Positions 8,654-19,296 are shown, numbered from the stretch's first letter. The stretch: DNA of 64,000 nt from Nitrospinaceae bacterium (GCA_029261405.1 JAJDBK010000048.1:773-64772), one strand, 5' to 3'. Notes: generated from the letters alone by a model not told the origin. Numbers and translations: made by a program.

Positions 8654-8739
8654 GTGGCCGAGCCACTCGCTGTGGCCGAGCCACTCGCTGTGGCCGAGCC
8701 ACTCGCTGTGGCCGAGCCACTCGCTGTGGCCGAGCCACT
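8654..8739. repeat. Tandem repeat: 18-bp unit GTGGCCGAGCCACTCGCT x4 plus a 14-bp partial fifth copy
   Basis: Read directly. All units are identical. Each contains the hairpin GTGGC-cga-GCCAC. It lies in the divergent intergenic region between the RND operon and the MCP gene. Confidence 0.95.
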
Positions 8740-8866
8740 TTAATCTGTTCGCAGGTCGGCGGACGCGGTTTCACATGTTACAATGTCGTCGCGATTTCCA
8801 TGCTGAACCAGCGAACAAAACAATTGTTTGTTTGAATTTATTTTCAAAAACATCAGGAGGGGTGTT

Positions 8867-11800
8867 ATGTCGGATATTTCCAGGCGTGAAACAATACCGG
8901 CGAAGACGCCGATGGTATCCAAAACTGAAAAGAAACGGTTCTCGATGAAAAAACTGGGGCCGAAACTTCTTTGCGCCTTTCTGGGCGTGGGGCTTATTCC
9001 CTTTGCCATTCTGGCGCTTGTTACGATAAACCAATCGTCAGACGCGTTGTCGGAGAACGCCTTTAATCAGCTCGAAGGTGTGCGGGAGATAAAAAAAGCT
9101 CAGGTTGAGAAGTTCATTGGTGATAGGCGTACCGACCTTAATTCGCTTATCACCAACGTCAAGAATCTGAGGCAGGCCGCTTTCGACAAGTTGGAAGCTG
9201 TCAAATCGATCAAACGATCTGCGCTGGAAAAATACTTCCAGACTATCCGGGATCAGGTAATGACCTTTTCCGAGAACCGGATGGTTGTGGAGAATATGCG
9301 GTACTTCACCGAGGAGTTCAAGACGTATCGCATGCAAAACGACATAATGGTCCAGGAAGTCGATAAATGGCGCGCGGAACTGGCTACATATTATACCGGT
9401 GAGTTTACCGAAGAGTATAAAAAACAGAATAACGGCGCCGACCCTAACGCCATCAGGTTCCTCGAAATGCTCGATAACGACTCAATAGCTCTCCAGCGAC
9501 AATTCATCAGGGCCAATAAGAACCCGTTAGGCTCCAAGCATCTGCTCGACAAGATTGAAGGCGATATGTCCGATTACGGCGCCAGCCATGAAAAATTCCA
9601 TCCTGTCGTCAGGAGTTATCTCGAAAAATTCGGCTATTACGACATCTTTCTTGTCGATTCCGAATCGGGGGATGTCGTCTATTCGGTCTACAAGGAGCTA
9701 GATTACACAACGTCTCTCATAGACGGTCCTTACGCCAAAACTAATCTCGGCGAAGCTTTCCGGCTTGCCAGCGCTGATACGGCTAAAAAAGATGACGTAT
9801 TCCTGGTCGATTTTAAAACGTATACCCCCTCCTACGAAGGGCAAGCAGGCTTTATCGCTTCCCCGATATTTGAGGATGGCGAAAAAATCGGTGTGGCGAT
9901 ATTTCAGATGCCGATTGACCGAATCAACGATATAGTCAACGAGCGGACCGGGCTTGGCAAGACCGGTGAGAACTACCTGGTGGGTGAACAGGATGGAAAG
10001 ACCTACTACCGTTCAAAACGTGTCGTCAAAAAAGGTGAAATAGGTCAACCGAAGTCTGGCGCCGAGATAAACAGAGCTATCGCAGGTGAAGTCGGATCAA
10101 CGATCAAAACAGGTAGTTCCGGGTCTATGGAGATGGCCAGTTTCGCTCCCCTAAATATCCCCGGTGTTAAATGGATGATAAACAGCGCTGTTTCGTTGGA
10201 AGAGGCGATCGCTCCGATCCTAAAGGGTGAGAAAGATGATGTGTTCGCAAAATATATCAAGGATTATGGTTATTACGATCTCTTTTTAATAAATAACAGT
10301 GGTTTTGTCTTCTATTCGGTAACCAAAGAGGACGATTACCAGACCAACATGGCGACAGGAAAATACAAAGACTCCGGGCTGGGCGAACTTACCCGAAAGG
10401 TATTGAGTTCCAAGGAGTTCGGGTTCGCCGACTTTAAACCTTACGCTCCGAGCAACGGTGACCCGTGCGCATTCATCGCAATGCCGCTTGTTGTGGACGG
10501 GAAGGTGGAGATGATTGTAGCCCTTCAGTTATCCCTTGAGGCGTTAAACGATATCATGCAACAGCGAGAGGGAATGGGAGAGACTGGTGAAACATACCTT
10601 ATAGGCTCGGACAAGCTGATGAGGTCAGATTCTTTCCTCGACCCTGTTAACCATACCGTGAAAACTTCTTTTGCCAACCCCGCTAAAGGGAGTGTCGATA
10701 CGGAAGCTGGTAATGAGTCGATAGCCGGAAAGACAGGCTCCAAAATTATCATCGACTACAACGGCAATCCGGTTCTTTCCGCCTTTACACCGGTAAAGGT
10801 CTTCGATGTTACATGGGGTCTCATCGCAGAAAAAGATGAGTCTGAAGCGTTCGCGGCCATCGTGGCCATGGAATGGCTCATGGGCGTAATCGCAGTGATA
10901 GGCGTATTGTGTATCATCGCCGTAGCCGTCCTGATTACTCGCTCCATTGTGAATCCGGTGACCGCTACGGTCGCGGTTATCAAGGAGATCGCCGAAGGGG
11001 ATTTCACCAGGGAGATCGAAGTCAAGAGCGAGGATGAAATCGGGGAGTTGGCGGCGTCGGTAAACGCGATGGTAGTTGACCTGAGGAGTGTGATGACCGA
11101 AATCGGGGAATCGTCAAACTCAGTGGCGTCTTCGTCAGAAGAGCTTTCCAACGTGACCACCGAGCTTGCCAGTAGCTCCGAAGAGATGACCTCCCAGTCT
11201 ACTGCGGTTGCCGGCGCAACGGAACAGATGTCGGCCAACATCAACTCCATGGCTTCGGCGGTGGAAGAGGCCAGTGTTAACGCAGATACGGTTTCGAGTA
11301 CAGCGGAGCAGATGTCATCCAATATGGGCGCCATCTCAAGCGCGGTGGAGGAGATGACCGTATCAATAGGTGAGGTTTCCAAGAACGCCAGGGACGCCTC
11401 TGGCATAGCCACCAAGGCTTCGGAGCAGTCGAAATCCGCCACGGCGACGATGCACTCCCTCGGCGCCTCCGCCAGGGAGATCGGGAAGGTGACCGAGATG
11501 ATTACCCAGATCTCAGGCAAAACCAATCTACTGGCGTTAAACGCAACTATCGAAGCGGCCTCCGCTGGTGAAGCGGGCAAAGGTTTCGCCGTTGTCGCCA
11601 ACGAGATCAAGGAACTTGCCAACCAGAGCGCGAAGGCGGCTGACGAGATTACGGAGAAGATTGAAGGTGTTCAGAGTAGCTCTGAGGACGCAATCAAGGT
11701 TATTACCGAAATCTCGGATATCATTGAGCAGATAAACAGTTCAGTCGATGTTATCACCACCGCTATGGAGCAACAGACGAAAGCGGCGAACGAGGTATCG

Positions 11801-12058
11801 CAGAATGTTATGGAAGTTTCGAGCGGCGCCAACGAAATCGCCTCTTCAATCGCCGAAGTGGCCAAAGGCGCTTCAGAAGTCGCCCGCAACGCCGGTGAAG
11901 CGGCCAAAGGCGCCAACGAGGTATCGTCGAACATTCAGGGGATCAGCGCCGCCATCGCACAGAACAGTTCCGGTGTGCAGAGTATAGACACATCCGCTAC
12001 CGAGCTTGCGGGTATAGCTCAAAGGTTGCAGAGTCTTCTGGAGCGGTTCAAGGTTTAG
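8867..12058 (+). CDS. Methyl-accepting chemotaxis protein with a large duplicated Cache-type periplasmic sensor, HAMP and MA domains
   Basis: ATG at 8867 preceded by AGGAGG. TM1 at [19 protein letters not shown] and TM2 at [25 protein letters not shown] follows, then the signalling hairpin ...[37 protein letters not shown]. The track start at 8828 is probably too long. Confidence 0.9.
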   Translation: MSDISRRETIPAKTPMVSKTEKKRFSMKKLGPKLLCAFLGVGLIPFAILALVTINQSSDALSENAFNQLEGVREIKKAQVEKFIGDRRTDLNSLITNVKNLRQAAFDKLEAVKSIKRSALEKYFQTIRDQVMTFSENRMVVENMRYFTEEFKTYRMQNDIMVQEVDKWRAELATYYTGEFTEEYKKQNNGADPNAIRFLEMLDNDSIALQRQFIRANKNPLGSKHLLDKIEGDMSDYGASHEKFHPVVRSYLEKFGYYDIFLVDSESGDVVYSVYKELDYTTSLIDGPYAKTNLGEAFRLASADTAKKDDVFLVDFKTYTPSYEGQAGFIASPIFEDGEKIGVAIFQMPIDRINDIVNERTGLGKTGENYLVGEQDGKTYYRSKRVVKKGEIGQPKSGAEINRAIAGEVGSTIKTGSSGSMEMASFAPLNIPGVKWMINSAVSLEEAIAPILKGEKDDVFAKYIKDYGYYDLFLINNSGFVFYSVTKEDDYQTNMATGKYKDSGLGELTRKVLSSKEFGFADFKPYAPSNGDPCAFIAMPLVVDGKVEMIVALQLSLEALNDIMQQREGMGETGETYLIGSDKLMRSDSFLDPVNHTVKTSFANPAKGSVDTEAGNESIAGKTGSKIIIDYNGNPVLSAFTPVKVFDVTWGLIAEKDESEAFAAIVAMEWLMGVIAVIGVLCIIAVAVLITRSIVNPVTATVAVIKEIAEGDFTREIEVKSEDEIGELAASVNAMVVDLRSVMTEIGESSNSVASSSEELSNVTTELASSSEEMTSQSTAVAGATEQMSANINSMASAVEEASVNADTVSSTAEQMSSNMGAISSAVEEMTVSIGEVSKNARDASGIATKASEQSKSATATMHSLGASAREIGKVTEMITQISGKTNLLALNATIEAASAGEAGKGFAVVANEIKELANQSAKAADEITEKIEGVQSSSEDAIKVITEISDIIEQINSSVDVITTAMEQQTKAANEVSQNVMEVSSGANEIASSIAEVAKGASEVARNAGEAAKGANEVSSNIQGISAAIAQNSSGVQSIDTSATELAGIAQRLQSLLERFKV

Positions 12059-12073
12059 TGAGTTTTAGTTACG

Positions 12074-12108
12074 CCCGCCAAAGGTTACGGCTTTTGGCGG
12101 GTTTTTTT
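12074..12108 (+). terminator. Rho-independent terminator after the MCP gene
   Basis: CCCGCCAAA-(10 nt)-TTTGGCGGG followed by T7. The T-run overlaps the stop codon of the convergent addA. Confidence 0.8.
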
Positions 12109-15100
12109 ATGTCGAAAAGCTCTCTTTGCCGAAACATCTGAGTCGGTAGTGGCAGGTAATATCCTTACACTTCCCGATGTTGCGTTTTTCCCAGGCTTGT
12201 TCCGGTTTTCCGTGTAGTGAGCGAAGTTTTAGAGCGTCCTTTACGACCGAGGCCCGCAGTTGGGGCCAACTCTTGTTGTTGATGTTTGTTTCTGAAACTA
12301 CGGTTTCTTTCCCCTTGAGATAGATCAAGGCCGCTGTTACCTTTACGGCATTTCGATTAATCATCCACCCGCCAGCGTAGAGTGACACCTGGTAGAGGTA
12401 GGCTGTCTCCGCCTCCGGTCGCTCCGAATATTTATAGTCGGCGACATAAAGTTCGTCACCGGTTTTCCAGGCTATATCGGGTGTGCCGGTCAATGTCAGC
12501 AGAAAGCCATCTTCTGCGATACGTATAACCATAGGCTCCTCTCTTACCACCAGATCAGCTTTCGCAAGAAGGTTCAGCGGATATGTATTGAAGGCTCGTT
12601 TTATATTCGTTCGCACCATCGCTTGTTCGCTGACTCCCGGTTCAGGAAAAAACTTTTCGATCAGCCGGTCGAGGTCTCCTGGTAATTCACGCATTATATC
12701 GTGGACGCTAGAGCCTATTTCGCTTGCGGAAACTTTACCTTTGCCCGGTCTGTCCGAACCTTGATCCGGTAAGGAGCGGTAGTAGCGTAGTCGCTGGCAG
12801 TAGCGAAAACCGGCCAGGTCGGTAATCGAAAGGGTCACTCTTATCTGATGGGATTCTTCTGTGATAGGCGCGAATACCGAAGCGTCAACTCTCTCCTGAG
12901 CGTCTCTAATATAAAGCTCGCCCGGTAATTTTCCGATCTTTTCCATGTCGGGTATGGAGACTTCCAGCTTTTTCGATTCGACAATAGTATCGATCCAGTT
13001 GCGCCACGATTCATCATCTCTCGATTTTAACGGGGCGCTTACGATCAGCCGGTCCCGCGCTCTGGTGGCGGCCACGTAGAGCAACCGTTTAAGTTCACCT
13101 CTGTTCCACGCCTTGATATCGGAGTTAACTTTGGCAAAAACCTGAGCTTTCGTCCAGATCCCCGAATCTGTGTGGTAATACTGCATCCCCATGCCGCCAT
13201 GCGAATGGAACGCTACCCGACTCGATTCATTCTTTCCACCAAAATTGACGTTGCCCAGGATCACCACCGGAAACTCGAGACCCTTCCCCTGATGCGCCGT
13301 CATTATTTTTACCGAAAGCTCGTCATCCTCCACAAGACCGGCGTGAGATTCCTTAAGCGAACGCTCCTCGGCCATTTTCAGAAACGATATGAAGTTGACC
13401 AGTCCTCTCCTGCCGTCGGTCTCGTATTTGCGGGCAAGTTCGATCAGCTTGAAGACGTTGGCGAGTTTCCGCTCCCCGTTTACCCGGCTGACTGTTACGG
13501 CCAGGTATCCGCTATCGCTTACAATCGTCTCCAGTAGTTCAGAGATGGTCATACGGTCCCGGTTCTTTTTCCACCTTCTTGCGTTATTGATAAAGTCACG
13601 CAATCGCTCCCCCTCAGCGCCGTCTATGGAGAAGTCTTCGTTATCATCAAGCAGATTACAGAGGTCGCGTGTCTTGCCCCCGTCTGTCCGTCGCAATGAG
13701 AGGAGGGTGGAATCGGAAAGAGCGGCAAAGGGGGATCGCAGAACGGAAAAGAGGGAGAGAATGTCGCCTGAATAATCGAGATATTGCAGAACGTTGACTA
13801 TATCGCGCACTTCTCCCGATTTATGGAATCCGGCGCCGTTTACCACAGTATATGGAAGGTTTCTGACAGTGAAAGCGGATTCAAAAGCCGCCAGATGCGA
13901 CAGTGTGCGAAATAAAATCGCAACGTCACCCGGTTTGGCCGGTCGTGTTGAATTGATCTTCTCGTCCCACACATCCCTCGCCAGAATATCCTTTATGATA
14001 AGGTCGGCCACGGCGTAAGCCTCGTCTAAAAGCTTGTCGTTACCTTTTCCATCGGGAGTGAAAAGGCGTTCTGGTTTGTGAGGGACCTGCTCACAGCTTC
14101 GGTGTGGTATGAGCGAATCGTGTTCGGGAAGGTAGCAAAGCTCCTTGCCACTCTCGTTTTTCATAAGCTCAGGGAAAAAACTGTTGAAAAAACGGATAAG
14201 ATCGGGGGTTGAGCGTCGGCTTATATTGAGGGTGAAACCAGCCCCACCATTTTCGATGATCTTTTGCGCCGTCTCTTCAAAGACAGTAAAGTCCGCGCCC
14301 CGGAATCCGTAGATCGACTGTTTCGGATCGCCGACAATGAGCAGACGGTTCTCACCCGGTGGCGCCAGCGTGGTGATAATCATCCGCTGTAAATTGTTGG
14401 TGTCCTGAAACTCGTCTACTGAAATACGATGAAACTGCGCTTTGTACGAATTTCTTACGGCGCTATCGTTTGCAAGAAGGTGATGTGTCTTCTCCTCCAG
14501 ATCGTCGAAATCGAGATATGATCGTTTATGTTTCTCGGCGGTATAATCATCAAGGGTATCTTTGATAAGGGAGAGAAGGGTTTTTTGGTCTTTTGCGATT
14601 TCTGATTCAAATGTGGGTCCGGCTATGCCTCGCAGGATTTCGGCGGTCTTGCGGCCAAGGATCTCGTTCTCCTTATTCCCCTTCTTATCCACCCAATCAG
14701 CCAGCGTATAGAGATGTGCGGCCTGTTCAATTGTCAAAGGGGTGTTCTCTCCCAGATAGTCGAGCTTCTGGATTTTTTCGACTATCCTGTATGCGCTGGT
14801 GTTTCTTTTCTGTTGATGAAGTTTCGGTACCATTGCAAAAAGCTCCGCGCGGAGCGATCCGGCCTCCTCTTCCAATATGAGCCGGTGCGATTCGTATTTT
14901 CTCCAGATATCATCAGTAGTCAGACGCGCAGAACGTATCAGGGGAATCAATCTTTTGATTTCTGTTTTAAGTCCGCTCCCGAAATTCCCCTGCGCTTCTA
15001 ATCCAAGAGAGAGGAGCAGGCGGAACGTCTTTTCGTCACCTCCCCTTAATCGGCGCAAGATTACCGCATGAGCCGAATTTTCCAATAACTCCGAGGCGGT

Positions 15101-15550
15101 TTTTTCATCAGCTATTTTAAAGGAGGGGTCTATTTGCGCCGAGAGGGGTCTCTCTTTTAACAACCGAGCGCAAAAGGAGTGGATGGTGGAGATATACGAA
15201 CCGGCGATCAACTGCCGCTGGTTTATCAGGTGTGTAAGTTTTTTTTTCTTTTCGACCAACTCCTTGTCGATCAGGAGATCATCAGATGATGGTCGTGATG
15301 AAATAGTATTCGTCAAATCATTGATTTTTGCCGATAACCCGGCGCGAACCCGCTCCACCATCTCTCCGGCCGCTTTCTCCGTAAAGGTTATTGCGGCAAG
15401 TCGGTCAACGGTTATATATTTCCCGTCCTGAAGGGTTGTAAGATCGCTTAAAAACTTGTGGACCAAAGTGTAGGTTTTGCCGGTCCCCGCTGACGCCCGG
15501 ATGACCATATCCGTTTCACAGGCTATTACATCATCGAGAATATCACTCAT
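12107..15550 (-). CDS. addA: ATP-dependent helicase/nuclease subunit A (AddA; UvrD/Rep motor plus C-terminal RecB-type nuclease)
   Basis: Walker A ASAGTGKTYTL, VDEFQDTN, and nuclease motif GTPDIAWK...VADYKYS. I prefer the ATG at 15550 (MSDILDD...), which overlaps the addB stop by 8 nt, over the track start at 15625. Confidence 0.85.
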   Translation of the reverse strand: MSDILDDVIACETDMVIRASAGTGKTYTLVHKFLSDLTTLQDGKYITVDRLAAITFTEKAAGEMVERVRAGLSAKINDLTNTISSRPSSDDLLIDKELVEKKKKLTHLINQRQLIAGSYISTIHSFCARLLKERPLSAQIDPSFKIADEKTASELLENSAHAVILRRLRGGDEKTFRLLLSLGLEAQGNFGSGLKTEIKRLIPLIRSARLTTDDIWRKYESHRLILEEEAGSLRAELFAMVPKLHQQKRNTSAYRIVEKIQKLDYLGENTPLTIEQAAHLYTLADWVDKKGNKENEILGRKTAEILRGIAGPTFESEIAKDQKTLLSLIKDTLDDYTAEKHKRSYLDFDDLEEKTHHLLANDSAVRNSYKAQFHRISVDEFQDTNNLQRMIITTLAPPGENRLLIVGDPKQSIYGFRGADFTVFEETAQKIIENGGAGFTLNISRRSTPDLIRFFNSFFPELMKNESGKELCYLPEHDSLIPHRSCEQVPHKPERLFTPDGKGNDKLLDEAYAVADLIIKDILARDVWDEKINSTRPAKPGDVAILFRTLSHLAAFESAFTVRNLPYTVVNGAGFHKSGEVRDIVNVLQYLDYSGDILSLFSVLRSPFAALSDSTLLSLRRTDGGKTRDLCNLLDDNEDFSIDGAEGERLRDFINNARRWKKNRDRMTISELLETIVSDSGYLAVTVSRVNGERKLANVFKLIELARKYETDGRRGLVNFISFLKMAEERSLKESHAGLVEDDELSVKIMTAHQGKGLEFPVVILGNVNFGGKNESSRVAFHSHGGMGMQYYHTDSGIWTKAQVFAKVNSDIKAWNRGELKRLLYVAATRARDRLIVSAPLKSRDDESWRNWIDTIVESKKLEVSIPDMEKIGKLPGELYIRDAQERVDASVFAPITEESHQIRVTLSITDLAGFRYCQRLRYYRSLPDQGSDRPGKGKVSASEIGSSVHDIMRELPGDLDRLIEKFFPEPGVSEQAMVRTNIKRAFNTYPLNLLAKADLVVREEPMVIRIAEDGFLLTLTGTPDIAWKTGDELYVADYKYSERPEAETAYLYQVSLYAGGWMINRNAVKVTAALIYLKGKETVVSETNINNKSWPQLRASVVKDALKLRSLHGKPEQAWEKRNIGKCKDITCHYRLRCFGKESFST

Positions 15551-18500
15551 CCTCATCACTCTTTTCAGGTGAAGTCCCCGGCGCCGGAGCATATCGACAA
15601 AGACCGATAAACTCACAAAACTCACACGATTTCGGCATTATATGAAACTCGCCCCCTTCGATCTTTCGTATGGCTTTCCCAAGGCGGTCGATGAAGTTAT
15701 CGGCTTGCGGCGCCGGTGTTTCGTTCAGGAACGGGTCAGAGTTGAACGGATTTTTGGACGAACCGGTAAGGGTTGAGAATTTTTTCGGGTCCGTCGCTTT
15801 AAGCAAGTAATACCCGCCTGACAAGCTCCCAACATGGTCGATGAAATTTTCATTTTTCGCCCAGTTCCTGGCCATCATCATGTATGAAGCGAGTTGGAAG
15901 GAGCTTATTCCCATCTCATCTTGTTTTGTCAATTTGCTGTATTTACTTCCGTTGGCGCTTGTTTTGTAATCGACCACCCGGATGGCGTTTTGATCTTTGT
16001 TGACATCTATCCTGTCGGGTTTACCGATAATATATCGTGTCTCCCCACCACCGATATCAACACGCAGGGGAGGGTGATTCTGGTTGGCGTTCTTTTTGAA
16101 TCGTCCGGCGTAAACCTCGAATGAGACCTCTACGGCCATAGGTTCATACCCTTCTTTATCCAGAGTTTCAAAGTCCCACTTGATAAACCTGGCGAGCATG
16201 GTGGAGGTTCTTGTTTTCTCCACTTTAAAGAGCGCAGGGTCGCCGGTTTTACCCTCCCGTTCATGCTTCGCGAACATTTTTTCACAGGAGGAATCAAGGA
16301 TCTCTTTCTGTTTTTTTACGCTTGTTCCGTGGATTCCACCAACCTTGATAATGTCCAGATAAAACTGTTCCAGAATATCGTGCGCCAGGCTCCCTTTCCC
16401 CATGACATCAAGCTCCGGCGCCGGTTCTTTCACCTTTCCGAGGTCGAGGAGTTTTCTTGCGAAATAACGGTATGGACACTGGCCGTAATTTTCGAGGGAA
16501 GTAGGAGAGTATCGACCGTAACCATCAGCCACAATGACGCTTTTAAGCCGCTCTTTAGCGTCAGGAATAAAACCAGTAAGTTCGTTTGCAAGCTCGATTT
16601 TTTCGTCAGGATCCTTCTCGAAAAAGAAGTGGTCCCGTTTCCTTTCTATGCCCACCAGTGCGCGAAGTCTTTTGAATCGTGACCATAACAGAGGGTCTTT
16701 CGATAGAGCTGTAACCCGTTTTTCGGTCGATCCCGATCTGTTGAAAAAATCCCGGGTAAGTTTGGTCAGGCGCTCTTCAGGGTCTATAAGCAGGTTTTCG
16801 TCCCTCTCAATGGCAAGGGCGGGAGCGGTAGTTATTGTTAAATGCGGTTCACCAATCGAAAGCAGGTCGTCGATAAACTGGGAACGTTGGAGAGAAGAGC
16901 CGTCCAGCTCCCGGACGCTGCAGGTAAGGAAGATCTTTTCAGTAGCTGAAGTAATCGCCTGATAAAAAAGGAGAGACTCCTCCTGAAATTTGTCACTGGT
17001 CCTCTCAAAGACTCTCCTCCCGGAGGCCAGATGAGGGCGATCCCGAAAGAAAGCGCTCCTGTGCGCTTTGTTAAACGCTTTACGTTCGCTCTCACTTAAT
17101 ATCGAGCGCAGGTCGGCGTGTACCGGAAACTCCTTTTCATGCAGGCCGCAAACAAAAACATAAGGTGAACTGGCGCCAATAACATCGTGGGCGTTTTGAA
17201 CCTGGACGCAGTTTTCGTCGAGAGCGCCCGTTTCGTTTACCGTCAACCCTTCGATATGTCCCTCTATGGTGTCCCTCAGTTTTTCGTAACCGACCGGTAT
17301 TCTCTCCATACCAATCTTTTTGACAGTGGAACACGTTTCGTTGACAGCCTCCAGAATCTGGGCGCAGGAGTGGTAGTCGCGCAACAGGTGGGAAAAATCG
17401 TCGGAAAGGTTTTCTCCGTACCGTAGATATCCAAGAAGGTTCTTGAGCGAAACAAAAAAGCCTCCTGGAGTAACTTGCTCAGACAATGATTGGAGACGGT
17501 GTAAAAGCTCGACAACCTCGCCGGTTATCATACTCTTTCCGGCGGTCGATAAACTCCGTTCCCACTGTAATAAACTACCGTCGATCATTCCCGAGTCGAG
17601 GAGTATTTTTTTTATCGAATCGTGTCTTAGTCGGGCGAACCTGTCGAAGTATGGGGAGGTTAAGAGGCGTGAGACGTTTTCGTTGGAAAAACCGGTGTCG
17701 ATGGTTTCAAACAGAGCAAGCAGAGCTCTTGCCGCCGGAGTCGAACTTAAGGAAACCCCTTTTTTCAAGCTAAACGGGATCGAATAGCGCCGAAAAACGT
17801 CTTCTATGATCGAGCCGTAGAGTCTGATGTCGCGCAACACTATAGAGAACGCAGTCCAGTCGGTCCTCTTTTTCCGCTTTATGCCCGCTATCTCTGTTCC
17901 TATCTCCTCAACCTCCCTGTACCTGCTGGCGCATGAGACGATTTTAACGCTCCGCTCAAGGGTGTCTTTATCAGTTGGCGAAAGAAACGGTTTCCGTCCG
18001 GCTTCAAAAAGGTTGTCAGCTATATATGACAGATGGCTATTTTTTTTCTCCTTCCAGTAAATTGAAAGGTTGCCGTGATCTTCTCCAAGGTTTTCGAACT
18101 TTGAAAGATTGGTATCGATGAAGCCGAACGCTTTTCGCCGGTTGTCGGGGAGGGGAGCGACAATCGTTACCGGGATACGTCTGGAAATCTTTCTGAACAA
18201 CTCGAACCTGAAGGGTGTGAACATGTATACGTCCACAAGCTCGATCTCGTCGAACTTTAATAACGGAGAGGTGAAGGCTGTTTCAAGTTTTTCAAGAAGC
18301 GCCTGGCGATCTATTCCCGCATCGTTAAGTCCGGTCTTTTCAAGCTCCAGGGAGTATCTTGAGTAGAGATCTGATATCGCCTCTTCTTTCCCCGGAGCGT
18401 ACCCCTTTATCTTCATCAAGTCTGCGGGGGAGACCAGTCCGGCTGAAAGTTCGTTGAAGAATTTTTGCATGGCCCCTGCAAAACCCTTGAATCGCTTTAT

Positions 18501-18734
18501 CCGGGAGAAAAGGTCTATTCTGGTCTCGAACAAAACCTTTATTAAAAGAAGTGATCGTTCAAGGTTCGTTGCGCTCTTTCGACGATGCGGGACATCAGAT
18601 AACAGCTCTTTTTCAAAGGCTCCTACAGTGGTCAGGTTACCCGTGAAAAAAGCTCCATCCTCATCAGTGGAGAGTAGCGTGTTTCGAGCGTCGAGAAGTC
18701 TTCCTCTGGTAGGGAATATGATGAGCTTGCTCAT
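15543..18734 (-). CDS. addB: Helicase/nuclease subunit B (AddB-type; degenerate motor, PD-(D/E)XK nuclease with a 4-Cys iron staple)
   Basis: No Walker A at the N-terminus. The C-terminus carries GQCPYRYF...DRIDV...VVDYKT...CEFCEFIGLC (C...CX2CX5C). It lies immediately upstream of addA and overlaps it. Confidence 0.8.
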   Translation of the reverse strand: MSKLIIFPTRGRLLDARNTLLSTDEDGAFFTGNLTTVGAFEKELLSDVPHRRKSATNLERSLLLIKVLFETRIDLFSRIKRFKGFAGAMQKFFNELSAGLVSPADLMKIKGYAPGKEEAISDLYSRYSLELEKTGLNDAGIDRQALLEKLETAFTSPLLKFDEIELVDVYMFTPFRFELFRKISRRIPVTIVAPLPDNRRKAFGFIDTNLSKFENLGEDHGNLSIYWKEKKNSHLSYIADNLFEAGRKPFLSPTDKDTLERSVKIVSCASRYREVEEIGTEIAGIKRKKRTDWTAFSIVLRDIRLYGSIIEDVFRRYSIPFSLKKGVSLSSTPAARALLALFETIDTGFSNENVSRLLTSPYFDRFARLRHDSIKKILLDSGMIDGSLLQWERSLSTAGKSMITGEVVELLHRLQSLSEQVTPGGFFVSLKNLLGYLRYGENLSDDFSHLLRDYHSCAQILEAVNETCSTVKKIGMERIPVGYEKLRDTIEGHIEGLTVNETGALDENCVQVQNAHDVIGASSPYVFVCGLHEKEFPVHADLRSILSESERKAFNKAHRSAFFRDRPHLASGRRVFERTSDKFQEESLLFYQAITSATEKIFLTCSVRELDGSSLQRSQFIDDLLSIGEPHLTITTAPALAIERDENLLIDPEERLTKLTRDFFNRSGSTEKRVTALSKDPLLWSRFKRLRALVGIERKRDHFFFEKDPDEKIELANELTGFIPDAKERLKSVIVADGYGRYSPTSLENYGQCPYRYFARKLLDLGKVKEPAPELDVMGKGSLAHDILEQFYLDIIKVGGIHGTSVKKQKEILDSSCEKMFAKHEREGKTGDPALFKVEKTRTSTMLARFIKWDFETLDKEGYEPMAVEVSFEVYAGRFKKNANQNHPPLRVDIGGGETRYIIGKPDRIDVNKDQNAIRVVDYKTSANGSKYSKLTKQDEMGISSFQLASYMMMARNWAKNENFIDHVGSLSGGYYLLKATDPKKFSTLTGSSKNPFNSDPFLNETPAPQADNFIDRLGKAIRKIEGGEFHIMPKSCEFCEFIGLCRYAPAPGTSPEKSDEDE

Positions 18735-18796
18735 GATGTCATGAAGTAGTCGGACATGGTAAAGTTATATTTAATTTGGAATAAGTCTAAATAAAG

Positions 18797-18825
18797 TTGA
18801 CATCCAAACCTATGGGAAGTAACAT
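18797..18825 (+). promoter_or_regulatory. Candidate sigma-70 promoter for the cupin gene
   Basis: TTGACA-N17-TAACAT, about 75 nt upstream of the ATG at 18899. Confidence 0.35.
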
Positions 18826-18898
18826 TTACCCCACACTTATTCAGTATAAGAAAGTGTATGCGAATATACTTTGAACTGTAACATACAGGAGAAGAGAA

Positions 18899-19246
18899 AT
18901 GACTATTTCAAACGCAAGTATTTCGGAGAGCGCAGTATACAGCGATGACGCTGTTTCCAAGGTGACACTGCAGAAAACCGACACCTTAACCCTCGACGTA
19001 TACTATTTCAACGCCGGTCAGAGACTCGGTTATCACAGGCATCCGACCGGAGACCAGATCTTTACGGTTATCGAAGGGGAAGGAACCTTCTACCTTGACG
19101 ATAGCGGCGAGGAGACCATTGCGGTAAGCGCCGGTTCAACCTTCCTGGCCCCGGCCAACACCTGGCACGATCTTCATAATACAGGCTCAGGGAAACTTGT
19201 AGCCCAGCAGGTGACAAAACAGCCTGCCGGTATGGAAAAAAGATAA
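18899..19246 (+). CDS. Cupin-domain protein
   Basis: Cupin motifs GYHRHPTGDQIFTVIEGEGTFYL and PANTWHDLHN. RBS AGGAGAAGAG. Confidence 0.7.
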   Translation: MTISNASISESAVYSDDAVSKVTLQKTDTLTLDVYYFNAGQRLGYHRHPTGDQIFTVIEGEGTFYLDDSGEETIAVSAGSTFLAPANTWHDLHNTGSGKLVAQQVTKQPAGMEKR

Positions 19247-19255
19247 GTTCCGATC

Positions 19256-19296
19256 ATAAAAAAAGGCCCCGGAGAGCAATCCCCGGGGCCTTTTCT
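19256..19296. terminator. Bidirectional intrinsic terminator
   Basis: A8-GGCCCCGG-(10 nt)-CCGGGGCC-TTTTCT, between the convergent cupin gene and the lipoprotein genes. Confidence 0.75.

Noticed and set aside
8654-8739. Possible CRISPR array
   Set aside because: The repeats are contiguous with no spacers, the unit is only 18 bp, and there are no cas genes in the window.
8638-8835. 65-aa ORF encoding (GRATRC)x5
   Set aside because: It is simply the translation of the 18-bp tandem repeat. There is no RBS, and it sits in a divergent promoter region.
10756-11622. 288-aa antisense ORF inside the MCP gene
   Set aside because: Its Ala/Ser/Thr-rich, low-complexity product is the mirror of the MCP signalling-domain repeats. 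It has no start context, and the MCP frame is clearly the real one.
15239-15247. A9/T9 run inside addA (encodes KKKK)
   Set aside because: It lies in the middle of an essential-type repair gene, with no reason to expect phase variation. I noted it only as a potential sequencing-error hotspot.
15551-15625. N-terminal extension of addA in the ORF track (MSFVSLSVFVDMLRRRGLHLKRVMR)
   Set aside because: It would overlap the addB 3' end by 83 nt. The ATG at 15550 gives the usual spacing to the Walker A motif and an 8-nt coupled overlap.
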